This document shows, piece after piece, positions 26,119 to 39,739 of a stretch of 64,000 bases of DNA. The stretch covers positions 13,206,001 to 13,270,000 of the forward strand of contig OX597843.1 of assembly GCA_951406725.2 (NCBI GenBank), in the 5' to 3' direction. Under the pieces are notes generated by a model. That model ran no database searches. It had not been told where the DNA came from and worked only from the letters and a program-made list of their open reading frames with translations. The DNA is from Octopus vulgaris (taxonomy: Eukaryota). The position numbers and the translations under genes were made by a program. The first letter of the stretch is position 1. Every line of letters begins with the position of its first letter.

Positions 26119-26769
26119 TAGATAGATAGATAGACAGATAGACAGACAGATGGACAGATGGACAGCCGGACGGACGGACAGCCGGACGGACGGACAGACA
26201 GACAGACGGACACATGCATATATACATACATGGACAGATAGATAAATAGATTGACAGGAAGGCAGGTAGGTAGTTAGATGGATAGATAGATAGAGATATG
26301 GATATGTGCGTGTGTCTGTGTGTGAGCACACTCATGTGTGTGTGTGTGTGAGTACACGCATGTGTTCGTGTGTGTGTGCCCACGAGTGCATGTGTGTGTG
26401 TGTATGTGCATGTGTGTATATGTGTGTGCTTGTGTTTGTGTTTCCATTTGTCCCACTCCACCTCTTGACAACCGGTGTTGGTATGTTTATGTCCCTGTAA
26501 CTTAACCGTTGGACCAAACAAATCGAAAATAAGTTACCAGACTTTAAAAAGGACTAAGTACCCTGATTCGCGTCTTTTGATTAAAACTCTTTGCGGTAGT
26601 GCTCCAGCATGGCCACATTGGAATGACTAAAATTTAATTGCAATCACAAACAAATATAATTCCGGATTCCATACACTAATTAGAAATATAATTATATGAT
26701 GTAAATCTAACGAATTCTTCCTAGTTGTATTTTCCTAGTTGTATTTATAGCTTCAAGGTCGTGGTGATT

Positions 26770-27500
26770 GAAGACATTCCAGCTGTGACCATCCCATTTT
26801 TTATTCAGGCATTGTATAATGTCATGTGTAGTGTAATATCCATCCTTGTGTTTGTTGTTCAGCCCCAGGTCAATCCTGATCCAATGGACCTATGATCAAA
26901 GATGCTCCAGTTGTGACCATCCTGTCTTTTATTCAGGCATAGTGTATCTAGGACTACATTATCCTTGTTGTTTAGCCCCAGGTCAGTTCTGATTCAACTT
27001 ACAACCAAAAATGTTTCCACTGTGACCATCCTGCCTTCTACTCAGGCATGGTGTACCTAGGCATCGTGTACCTAAGACTACATTTTCTAATGTGTCCTTT
27101 CTTGTTATTGTTTAATCCTAGGTCAGTCATGATTGAACAGACCTATGATCAAAGCTGTTCCAGCTGTGCCCATCCTGTCTTTTATTCAGACATCATGTAT
27201 CTAGGACTACATCATCAACTGTGTCCTTCTTTGTTGCTATTGTTGTTTAGCCCCAGGTCAGTCTTAATCCAGCAGACTTATGATCAAAGCTGTTCCAGCT
27301 GTGACCATCCTGTCTTTTATTCACACATGGGGTATCTAGGACTACATTAATTAATGTGACCTTCCTTGTTGATGTTGTTTAGCCCCAGGTCAGTCTCAGT
27401 CTAGCAGATTCCTGATCAATAATGCTCCAGCTGTGGCCACCCTGTCTTATTTTCATACATAGTTTATCTCGGACAACATTATCCAATGTGTCCTTCTTTG
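26770..27500 (-). repeat. Family I ~120-bp tandem array, inverted relative to 22390-23282
   Basis: Units TTTAGCCCCAGGTCAGT...GACCTATGATCAAAG...CCAGCTGTGACCATCCTG. Confidence 0.85.
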
Positions 27501-27950
27501 TTTTTGTCAGTCTTGCTCCAAATTTTCACTTCTAAATTCACTCTCGTAAACACTAGACAAGAACAGGCTATGAGATGCCCACACTAGATGAAATTCATGG
27601 TTGAATGATTTACAGACACATAACTTGCCAGCTATAGTAATTATACATTTTTTTTTTATTGCCCACAGGGGGCTAAATATAGAGGGGACAAACAAGGACA
27701 GATGAAGTCGATTACATCAACCCCAGTGCGTAACTGGTACTTATTTAATTGACCCCGAAGGCAAAGTCAACCTCGATGGAAATTGAACTCAGAATGTAAT
27801 GGCAGACGAAATACTGCTAAGTATTTCGCCCAGAATGCTAACGATTCTGCCAGCTTGCTGCCCTATAGTAATTATACCAGTTAAGATAATGATTGTGATA
27901 ATTAATTATATTTATGCAAATAATACTAATAAATATAATTATAGTAATAA

Positions 27951-27986
27951 CTAGACTACCCGTGACCCATTGGGTCACTGGTGAAG
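27951..27986 (-). mobile_element. Helitron-like 3' terminus
   Basis: Minus strand hairpin GTGACCCA-A-TGGGTCAC followed by ...TAGTCTAG|T. Confidence 0.45.
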
Positions 27987-28042
27987 TCCGAGGTTTCCCA
28001 GCAACGGAGTTTTGTTTTGAAGGTTTTTCTTTTGTTTTCCAG

Positions 28043-28085
28043 GTTGTTTTGCATGCTTTCAACGAATGTGACATTGAAATCACGC
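28043..28085 (+). other. Candidate exon 5 (43 nt)
   Basis: Strong acceptor tttttcttttgttttccAG; weaker donor CGC|GTAAAC. Confidence 0.4.
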
Positions 28086-28172
28086 GTAAACATCTCCTTT
28101 CCCTAGAAAGGGAAAGATTTGGCTGTTATTTCTTGCACACCCTGCCACCATGTAACAGGTATTTCAAGTCCT

Positions 28173-28514
28173 GAAGGCGGCGAGCTGGCAGAAACGTTAG
28201 CACGCCGGGCGAAATGCTTAGCGGTATTTCGTCTGCGTTACGTTGTGAGTTCAAATTCCGCCGAGGTCGACTTTGCCTTTCATCCTTTCGGGGTCGATAA
28301 ATTATGTACCAGTTACGCACTGGGGTCGATCTAATCGACTTAATACCTATGTCTGTCCTTGTTTGTCCCCTCTATGTTTAGCCCCTTGTGGGTAGTAAAG
28401 AAATAGATAAATTAAGTACCAGTTACGCACTGGGGTCGATGTAATCGACTTAATACCTATGTCTGTCCTTGTTTGTCCCCTCTGTGTTTAGCCCCTTGTG
28501 GGTAATAAAGAAAT
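28173..28514 (+). mobile_element. SINE family B with a 16-bp TSD, inserted into a MITE-like inverted repeat
   Basis: TSD AGGTATTTCAAGTCCT at 28157-28172 and 28515-28530; inverted arms ~28113-28158 and ~28544-28589. Confidence 0.9.
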
Positions 28515-29287
28515 AGGTATTTCAAGTCCTTTATTGCAAATAGCTGTTATGTGGTAACAGGGCGTGCTAGAAATAGCAACCAAATCTTTTGAGGTGAGAT
28601 ATGTTGAATGCACTCAAAAGAAACCTATGTCTGTCAGTATGTCTTTCCATTCATCTGTCTCTTTATCTATTTATCTATCTATCTATCCATCTGTCTATCC
28701 ATCCAGCCATCCAGCCAGCCAGCCGGCTGTCAGTTTCTTTATCTATCTATCTACCTACCTACCTACCTATCGATCTATCTGTCTGTCTATCTATCTGTCT
28801 ATCTATCTATCAATCTATCTATCTACCTACCTATCTATCTATCTGTCTCTCTCTCTCACTCAATCTATCTGTCTTATCTATCTATCTATCATCTATCTAT
28901 CTATCTACCTACCTACCTACCTACCTATCTCTCTATCTATCTATCTACATATCTATCTATCTATCTATCTATCTATCAATCTATCTATCTACCTACCTAT
29001 CTATCTATCTGTCTCTCTCTCTCACTCAATCTATCTGTCTTATCTATCTATCTATCATCTATCTATCTATCTATCTATCTATCTACCTACCTACCTACCT
29101 ACCTATCTCTCTATCTATCTATCTACATATCTATCTATCTATCTATCTATCAATCTATCTATCTACCTACCTATCTATCTATCTGTCTCTCTCTCTCACT
29201 CAATCTATCTGTCTTATCTATCTATCTATCATCTATCTATCTATCTATCTATCTACCTACCTACCTACCTACCTACCTACCTATCTC

Positions 29288-30187
29288 ATGGACAACTTCC
29301 AGAGATCCCTGGCCTGGCAGTGCTACCGAGAAGCGCTACCCGTTCGGGATAAGCTCTACAGACACGGCTCGAGAAACACGGGGCCGACCTGCCCGAGATG
29401 CGGTCAGAGCGACGAAACCGTTCTGCACGCACTCGTTCAGTGTCCAACAATTTCCGACCTGTGGGCTTATGTCGAACAACTGCTGTCACGTGTGGGACGA
29501 GTCGGTTTATCAGCTGAGTCTATCGTCAATATTGTCACGCCTCCTTCCTTCAAACGGGAAGGAAGAGCTATTTTCATCATCCTTGTGGCTATGGCGAAAG
29601 AATGTATCTGGTGGACGCGTCTGAAAGGATTGGAGACAAACACTTTCCTCTCTGGTCAATCTCTCATCAACTTCTTCAAGTACCACTTGAAAAGGAAAGT
29701 GAGAGTAGAGAGGCAAGTTTTGTCTAGCGAATGTTTTAAAAAAAGATGGGTGAATGTAGCAAGAATGGCACGTATGAATGACGAAGCCACCTTGAGCATA
29801 GTCCTATGAACCCAGAAATCGAAAACAGAGAGTTGCTTATTTGCAAAAAAAAAAAAAAAAAGAAATATAAAATGTGACATCATTGACCGAGGTTACCGTG
29901 GTCTTTTCCGTAGGCTTTTCTTTGCACGGGTAAACCTCACCTGTCCTCCCCTTTACACTTCATATTGACATTTCTGTGATAACGATCCCTATTGATCAAT
30001 TTTTTTCCTCCCCCCTTTTTTTTAAACCCCCTTTTTTTGTCCTCTTTCTCTCCTTTTACGATCCCTTTTGATCGAAACTCCCCCTTCCTTTTTTTTTTTT
30101 TTTTTTCTTTCTTAAACCTTCAAAAGAAAAGCTCTACCTTGTAATTTGTTCTATCTGTGTGCAGCCCTGTGTGGCTAATAAAGAAAC
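29288..30187 (+). mobile_element. 5'-truncated Tx1/L1-clade LINE: ORF2 C-terminal zinc-knuckle (zf-RVT) region plus 3' UTR
   Basis: Open frame 29288-29809: LAWQCYREALPVRDKL...CPRCGQSDETVLHALVQC...LW...IWWTR; ends AATAAAGAAAC. Confidence 0.85.
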
Positions 30188-30754
30188 ATATATATCTATC
30201 TATCTACCTACCTACCTACCTACCTACCTATCTCTCTATCTATCTACATATCTATCTATCTATCTATCTACCTACCTACCTACCTACCTACCTATCTCTC
30301 TATCTATCTGTCTGTCTATCTATCTGTCTATCTATCTATCAATCTATCTATCTACCTACCTATCTATCTATCTGTCTCTCTCTCTCACTCAATCTATCTG
30401 TCTTATCTATCTATCTATTATCTATCTATCTATCATCTATCTACCTACCTACCTACCTACCTATCTCTCTATCTATCTATCTACATATCTATCTATCTAT
30501 CTATCTATCAATCTATCTATCTACCTACCTATCTATCTCTCTCTCTCACTCAATCTATCTGTCTTATCTATCTATCTATCATCTATCTATCTATCTATCT
30601 ACCTACCTACCTACCTATCTATCTATCTATCTATCTACCTACCTACCTACCTACCTATCTCTCTATCTATCTATCTACATATCTATCTATCTACCTACCT
30701 ACCTACCTACCTACCTACCTACCTATCTATCTATCTATCTATCTGTCTGTCTAT

Positions 30755-30950
30755 TTTTTATTTTTTTTATTTTATTTTTTTTTTTTGTTCTTTTCTTCCC
30801 TTTTACGATCCCTCTTGATCGAAAACCTACGCCACCCCATTTTTTTTTTTTTGTTTCTTTTGTTTTTTGCTTTTTTCATCCCCCAAAAGAAAAGCTCTAC
30901 CTTGTAACTTGTCCCATCTGTGTGCAGCCCTGTGTGGCCAATAAAGAAAC
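30755..30950 (+). mobile_element. Second, diverged 3' end of the same Tx1-like family
   Basis: Aligns with ~30040-30187. Confidence 0.8.
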
Positions 30951-31373
30951 TTATCTACCTACCTATCTATCTATCTATCTCTCTCTCTCACTCAATCTGT
31001 CTGTCTATCTATTTCTCTCTCTATCTCCCCCTCTCTCTCTCTCTGTCAATCTATCTACCCACCTACCTACCTGTCTATTGGTTTGTGAGTCTACCAATCT
31101 AAGGACAGTACTTCTTACTGTCCTCATCTGCCCCCTCCCCCCCGTCTCGTGGCATCTGTCATCCATCATCCGTCCGTACTCCATCACTCTGCTCCCCTTT
31201 TTCTTTCTGTGCACCCCACCCACCCACAGTTATCAATTCTTTATTCGTTCCCACCCCCAGTTCTTTTCTTTCTCCTTTGCTCTCTGCATATACATGGGAA
31301 CAAGTGCATGTCTATGGGCGTGTATGCAAATGCATGTGCATGTGTATGTGTGTCTGTGTGCGTGCCTCTGTGT

Positions 31374-31405
<32 letters not shown>

Positions 31406-31429
31406 CTGTCTGTGTGTCTGTGTATGTAT

Positions 31430-31739
31430 CTGGACCGGGCGACGCGTTGTGTTCTTGAGCAAAACACTTCATTTCATGTTGCTCCAGTCCACTCAGCTGG
31501 CAAAAATGAGTAACGCTGCAATGGACTGGCGTCCCATCCAGCTGGGGAACACATACGCCAGGCTCACGGGCCCAGTTTCCCGGTTTCTATGGCGTATGTG
31601 TTCCCCAGCTGGATGGGATGCCAGTCCATTGCAGCGTTACTCATTTTTGCCAGCTGAGTGGACTGGAGCAACGTGAAAGGAAGTGCTTTGCTCAAGAACA
31701 CAACGCATCGCCCGGTCCAGATACATACACAGACACACA

Positions 31740-31778
<39 letters not shown>

Positions 31779-32308
31779 ACACAAAAGCACGCTTTGCTCA
31801 AGAAAACAACACATCACCTGGTCCAGGAATTGAAACCACAATCTTTCGATCATGATGCTGACACCCTAATCCATTGCAACGTTACTCGTTTTTGCCAGCT
31901 GAGTGGACTGGAGCAACGTGAAATGAAGTGTCTTGCTTAAGAACACAACACGTCACCCTGTCCAGGAATCGAAACCACAATCTTACGATCATGATGCTGA
32001 CACCTTAATCCATTGCAGCGTTACTCATTTTTGCCAGCTGAGTGGACTGGAGCAACGTGAAATGAAGTGTCTTGCTTAAGAACACAACACGTCACCCTGT
32101 CCAGGAATCGAAACCACAATCTTACGATCATGATGCTGACACCTTAATCCATTGCAGCGTTACTCATTTTTGCCAGCTGAGTGGACTGGAGCAACGTGAA
32201 ATGAAGTGTTTTGCTCAAGAACACAACGCGTCACCCTGTCCAGGAATTGAAACCACAATTTTACAATCATGATGCTGACACCCTAACCACTAAGCCACGT
32301 GCCTCCAC
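31430..32308. mobile_element. SINE family G (tRNA head, CORE-like and V-like segments): inverted pair plus ~139-bp tandem units
   Basis: TTGTGTTCTTGAGCAAAACACTT and ATGGACTGGCGTCCCATCCAG motifs; head on minus strand ends near 32308. Confidence 0.8.
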
Positions 32309-32482
32309 ATAAAAAGAAATAATAACAATAATTTATATATTCATTTTGTAAGATTCTTGATGTGAATTCGTATGTTGAAACAGATATTGTTGTATTTTGG
32401 GATGGTCATGTTGCCAGTTCAGCCAATGAAGACACATGCACTGTCTATTTGGTGTTCACTTGCTTTAGCTTTACTCTCTCTC

Positions 32483-33807
32483 TCTTTTACTCTTTTACTT
32501 GTTTCAGTCATTTGACTGCGGTCATGCTGGAGCACCACCTTTAATCGAGCAACTTGACCCCGGGACTTATTCTTTGTAAGCCCAGTACTTATTCTATCGG
32601 TCTCTTTTGCCGAACCGCTAAGTGAGGGGACATAAACACACCAGCATCGGTTGTCAAGCAATGCTAGGGGGACAAACACAGACACACAAACACACACGCA
32701 CATATATATATATATACATATATACGACGGGCTTCTTTCAGTTTCCGTCTACCAAATCCACTCACAAGGCTTTGGTCGGCCTGAAGCTATAGTAGAAGAC
32801 ACTTGCCCAAGGTGCCACGCAGTGGGACTGAACCCGGAACCATGTGGTTGGTAAGCAAGCTACTTACCACACAGCCACTCCTGCGCCTATATATATATAT
32901 ACGACGGGCTTCTTTCAGTTTCCGTCTACCAAATCCACTCACAAGTCATTGGTTGGCCTGAGGCTATAGCAGAAGACACTTGCCCAAGGTGCCACGCAGT
33001 GGGACTAAACCCGGAACCATGTGGTTGGTAAGCAAGCTACTTACCACACAGCCACTCCTGCGCCTTTATTTTATATTAATCTTATTTCAGCCAGAGTTCT
33101 TTCATCACACTTCTGTGACCTCATCAGTGGTCCTTTGCTTTCTTCTTTCTTTTTTGTGTGTCTTTCCTTACTAAAGATCAGCTAAATTGGCAACATGACC
33201 ATCCCCAAAAACAACAATGATAATAATTTCTACTAAAGGTACAAGGCCTGAAATTTCGGGGAGGGATCTTGTCGATTATATTGATCTCAGTACGTAACTG
33301 GTACACGTTTCATTGGCTCCAAAAATATGAAAGCCGGTCAACACCTCGGCAGAATTTGAACTCAGAGCATAAAGGTAGACAAAATGCTGCAAAGTGTTTC
33401 ACCTGGCACACTCTTTTACTCTTTTACTTGTTTCAGTCATTTGACTGCGGCCATGCTGGAGCACCGCCTTTAGTCGAGCAAATCGACCCCAGGACTTATT
33501 CTTTGGAAGCCTAGTACTTATTCTATCGGTCTCTTTTGCCAAACCACTAAGTTATGGGGACGTAAACACACCAGCATCGGTTGTCAAGCAATGCTAGGGG
33601 GACAAACACATACACACACACATATATATATATATATACATATATGACAGGCTTCTTTCAGTTTCTGTCTACCAAATCCACTCACAAGGCTTTGGTTGGC
33701 CCGAGGCTATAGTAGAAGACATTTGCCCAAGGTGTCACACAGTGAGACTGAACCCAGGTCCATGTGGTTGGTAAGCAAGTTGCTTACCACACAGCCACTC
33801 CTGTGCC
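32483..33807 (-). mobile_element. Cluster of SINE A (32483-33065, 33410-33807) and degenerate SINE B (33225-33405)
   Basis: Match to other copies. Confidence 0.85.
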
Positions 33808-33832
33808 TCCTACTAATAATAACAATGATAAT

Positions 33833-33878
<46 letters not shown>

Positions 33879-34050
33879 GCATTAATCATATTAATAACAG
33901 CAACAACAGCAATTTATTATAACAACAACAAGAACAATGATGACAACAACAGCTAGAAGAACAACAGTGTTAGTAAGAACGAGAACTAGGACCACCATTC
34001 AACTACCACCACCACCACCACCACCACCATTACTGCTATTAGTAACGACA

Positions 34051-34273
34051 ATAATGATGATGATGATGATGATGATGATGATTGTGATGATGATGATGAT
34101 GATGATGATGATAATTATGATGATAATGATGATGATGATGATTGTGATGATGATGATGATGATGATGATTGTGATGATGATGATGATGATGATGATTGTG
34201 ATGATGATGATGATGATGATGATAATTATGATGATAATGATGATGATGATGATTGTGATGATGATGATGATTG

Positions 34274-34314
<41 letters not shown>

Positions 34315-34320
34315 GTGATG

Positions 34321-34352
<32 letters not shown>

Positions 34353-34435
34353 GATGATTGTGATGATGATGATGATGATGATGATAATTATGATGATGAT
34401 GATGATGATGATGATTGTGATGATGATGATGATTG

Positions 34436-34476
<41 letters not shown>

Positions 34477-34482
34477 GTGATG

Positions 34483-34514
<32 letters not shown>

Positions 34515-34584
34515 GATGATTGTGATGATGATGATGATGATGATGATAATTATGATGATAATGATGATGATGATGATTGTGATG

Positions 34585-34616
<32 letters not shown>

Positions 34617-34794
34617 GATGATTGTGATGATAATGATGATGATGATGATAATTATGATGATAATGATGATGATGATGATTGTGATGATGATGATGATGAT
34701 GATGATAATTATGATGATAATGATGATGATGATGATTGTGATGATGATGATGATGATGATTGTGATGATGATGATGATGATGATGATTGTGATG

Positions 34795-34826
<32 letters not shown>

Positions 34827-34968
34827 GATGATTGTGATGATGATGATGATGATGATGATTGTGATGATGATGATGATGATGATGGTGATGATTGTGATGA
34901 TAATGATGATGATGATGATAATTATGATGATAATGATGATGATGATGATTGTGATGATGATGATGATG
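34051..34968. repeat. (ATG)n microsatellite
   Basis: Direct reading. Confidence 0.97.
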
Positions 34969-35329
34969 ACAACAGCAATATCAACGACCAGAACACCTTT
35001 GCAATGAATCATTGAAGCCAGGAAGAAACGATGATGGAGAAGAGGGATGAGAAAGCAAAAAAAAGGAAATGAGTGCGGTTGGGGTGGTGGTAGTTGTAGT
35101 GGTGGTAGTGATGATGATGATAGTGGTTGTGGTGGTGGAGATGGTGGTGGTAGTGGCGGAGGTGGTGGTGGTGATTATGGTTGCGGTGGTGGAGGTGATG
35201 GCTGGTGGTGGTAAGTGGTGATGATGATGGTGACGGTAGTGGTGGTGGTGGTGGTGGTGGTGGTGGCGGCGGCGGTGAGGTGGCAGTGGTGTTATGCTGT
35301 AGGTGTGAATGTTCCGTAAGTCTACAGAA

Positions 35330-36566
<1,237 letters not shown>

Positions 36567-36776
36567 AATATATGAAGGAATGGAGCTGAACGACGAATTA
36601 ACAAACTTCCTTTATTTTCGACATATGTTTCGAAGGCAGGTATCGGTTAATTCGAATTATCCTTAATAAGATAATTCATTCAACTACTCAAATATATATA
36701 TATATATTAGAAATTTCTATCGGTTTGTTTCGAGACGCATAAATTATAATGGTTAGTGACAATTTTTGTCTTTTTT

Positions 36777-36828
<52 letters not shown>

Positions 36829-37101
36829 ATATCATATATCATATATATCAAGCAGTGGTGATGGGACAAATACAAAGATACACACACATACATACATATA
36901 CATATATACGATGGGATTCTTTCAGTTTCTGTCTACCAAATCCACTCACAAGACTTTGGTCATTCTCAGGCTATATTAGAAGACACTTGCCCAAGGTGCC
37001 ATGCAGTGGGACTGAACCCGGAACCATGTGGCTGGTAAGCAAGCTACTTACCACACAGCCACTCTAAATGAAAAAATTTTTGAAATTATCTTGCACTTGA
37101 A

Positions 37102-37184
37102 CATTCTGGTAACCTTGGCTGTCTTTAGTAAAACCATGTTTTGCTTTCCAGAACTTTGCTAAAGACACTCAAGGTACCAGAATG
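37102..37184 (+). ncRNA. Pre-miRNA-like hairpin, copy 1 (contains candidate exon 37152-37184)
   Basis: Arms 37102-37132 and 37155-37184: 29 pairs including 2 G-U, one bulge, one C-C mismatch. Confidence 0.55.
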
Positions 37185-37293
37185 GTAAACCATTCTATTG
37201 CAGCATAGGGACCGGCATTGGTCTGCAGGTCCATTCCTTGCTCCCCTTCGCCAACTGGTCCCAGATACCTAAAAGATTATGGGCCCTGCCTTT

Positions 37294-37305
37294 TAATAAT
37301 TAATA

Positions 37306-37343
<38 letters not shown>

Positions 37344-38952
37344 AATTATTGTATACAGTGCTCAGGTGCACCACAACTTGTCAAAAAGTGCGTATAAAGT
37401 ATATGCAGTAATGTACAAATGTCTGGAAAGCGAACAATGTATGAGTCAGATACTTGCTTGTGTGTGTATGGAGGGGGGAAAATCAGGTGTAGTGTTGGCG
37501 AATATCAGAAAGCATGGAAGTTTTGAAGGATGCAGTGCTCCGACAACTAACAACTGATGCTGGCAGTTTGTTCCATGCTTCAGAGTGTGTATGGAGGGGG
37601 GGAAATCAGGTGTAGTGTTGGCAAATCTCAGGAAGCATGGAAGTTTTGAAGGATGCAGTGCTCCGACAACTAACAACTGATGCCGGCAGTTTGTTCCATG
37701 CTTCAGCAACTCTCACCGTGAAAAAATGTTTCCTAAAGTCATGGGAGCTGTGCTGTTTTCTGACTTTGTAAATATGTCCACGGGTGTTAGACAGGTGGAG
37801 TTTGAAAAGGTGCTCAGAGTTATGGTTTGTAAGATGGTTAATAGTTTTATGGGTGTCTGCCAAGTCAGCTGCCAGACGTCGGAGTTTCAATGTGTCCATG
37901 CCCAGGGAAGTAAGGCGTTCAGAATATGGCAAATGCCTGATGGAGGGTATTCTCTTGGTTGTCGGATACATGCTTGTGTATGTATGGAGGGGGGAAAATC
38001 AGGTGTAGTGTTTGCGAATCTCAGGAAGCATGGAAGTTTTGAAGGATGCAGTGCTCCGACAACTAACAACTGATGCCGGCAGTTTGTTCCATGCTTCAGC
38101 GTGTGTATGGAGGGGGGAAAATCAGGTGTAGTGTTGGCAAATCTCAGAAAGCATGGAAGTTTTGAAGGTTGCAGTGCTCCGACAACTAACAACTGATGCC
38201 GGCAGTCTGTTCCTTACTTCAGCAACTCTTAGCGTGAAAAAATGTTTCCTTTTTATTTTTCACAATTGGTAGTATACCATAATACTGCCAGGTATCTAGT
38301 AATTCTAAGAGTGAACGAGTTCTATTTTAATAATAATGAAATTATTGTATACAGTGCTCAGGTGCCCCACAACTTGTCAAAAAGTGCGTATAAAGTATAT
38401 GCAGTAATGTACAAATGTCTGGGAAGTGAACAGTGTATGAGTCAGATACATGCTTGCGTGTGTATGGAGGGTGGAAAATCAGGTGTAGTGTTGGCAAATC
38501 TCAGAAAGCATGGAAGTTTTGAAGGATGCAGTGCTCCGACAACTAACAACTGATGCCGGCAGTTTGTTCCACGCTTCAGCAACTCTCAGCATGAAAAAAT
38601 GTTTCCTAAAGTCATGGGAGCTGTGCTGTTTTCTGACTTTGTAAATATGTCCACGGGTGTTAGACAGGTGGAGTTTGAAAAGGTGCTCAGAGTTATGGTT
38701 TGTAAGATGGTTAATAGTTTTATGGGTGTCTGCCAAGTCAGCTGCCAGACGTCGGAGTTTCAATGTGTCCATGCCCAGGGAAGTAAGGCGTTCAGAATAT
38801 GGCAAATGCCTGATGGAGGGTATTCTTTTGGTTGTCAGATACATGCTTGTGTGTGTATGGAGGGTGGAAAATCAGGTGTAGTGTTGGCGAATCTCAGGAA
38901 GCATGGAAGTTTTGAAGGATGCAGTGCTCCGACAACTAACAACGGATGCCAG
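37294..38952 (-). mobile_element. CR1-clade LINE 3' ends, tandemly reiterated
   Basis: TKRIPSIRHLPYSERLTSLGMDTLKLRRLAADL...TRGH.YKV...FRKHFF..RV.EAWNKLP in ORFs 37606-37971 and 38479-38844; (TTA)n tail. Confidence 0.9.
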
Positions 38953-39096
38953 GTCATGCATCATGCATCATTTGTGCTTCCATCACGCGCCTCCCAAAAC
39001 AAGTCGCAGGCTTAATGCTGGTAGTACAAACACTGGGTGGAGATTACATATAGTTTTTCAACTAACAAAAAGTTTTTGAAATTATCTATGGAAATT

Positions 39097-39651
39097 GCAG
39101 ATACCAGTGCCGGTGGCACGTAAGAGGACCATCCGAACGTGGCCGTTGCCAGCGCCTCCCCGACTGGCCTCATGCCGGTGGCACGTAAAAAGCACCATCT
39201 GTTCGTGGCCATTGCCAGCCTCGCCTGGCCTCCGTGCTGGTGGCATATAAAAAGCACCATCCGATCGTGGCCATTGTCAGCCTCGCCTGGCCTCCGTGCA
39301 GGTGGCATGTAAAAAGCACCATCCGATCGTGGCCGTTGCCAGCCTCGCCTGGCCTCCGTGCTGGTGGCATGTAAAAAGCACCATCCGTTCATTGCCATTG
39401 CCAGCCTCGCTTGGCCCCCGTGCCGGTGGCACATAAAAAGCACCATCCGATCGTGGCCGTTTGCCAGACTCGTCTGGCACGTAAAAAGCACCCACTACAC
39501 TCATGGCGTGGTTGGCGTTAGGAAGGGCATCCAGCTGTAGAAACATTGCCAGATCAGACTGGGCCTGGTGCAGCCTTCTGGCTTCCCAGGCCCCAGTTGA
39601 ACCGTCCAACCCATGCTAGCATGGAAAGCGGACGCTAAACGATGATGATGA
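39097..39651 (+). mobile_element. Family C repeat with internal ~60-bp tandem units
   Basis: Repeated GTGCCGGTGGCACGTAAAAAGCACCATCCGATCGTGGCC units; (GAT)n tail. Confidence 0.8.
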
Positions 39652-39656
39652 TTTAA

Positions 39657-39739
39657 CATTCTGGTAACCTTGGCTGTCTTTAGTAAAACCATGTTTTGCT
39701 TTCCAGAACTTTGCTAGAGACACTCAAGGTACCAGAATG
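39657..39739 (+). ncRNA. Pre-miRNA-like hairpin, copy 2 (contains candidate exon 39707-39739)
   Basis: Identical to copy 1 except A>G at 39717, which turns a U-A pair into U-G. Confidence 0.55.

Larger units (their letters stand above)
28655..31070. repeat. (CTAT/CTAC)n microsatellite with ~180-bp higher-order units
   Basis: Recurring ATCAATCTATC...CTCACTCAATCTATCTGTCTTATC landmarks. Confidence 0.9.

Noticed and set aside
28601-29287. N-terminal extension of the 402-aa ORF
   Set aside because: Read-through of (CTAT)n; only 29288-29809 is LINE-derived
36610-36640. Minus-strand CGAAACATATGTC, a hammerhead 3' half
   Set aside because: No CTGANGA partner found; the element appears truncated
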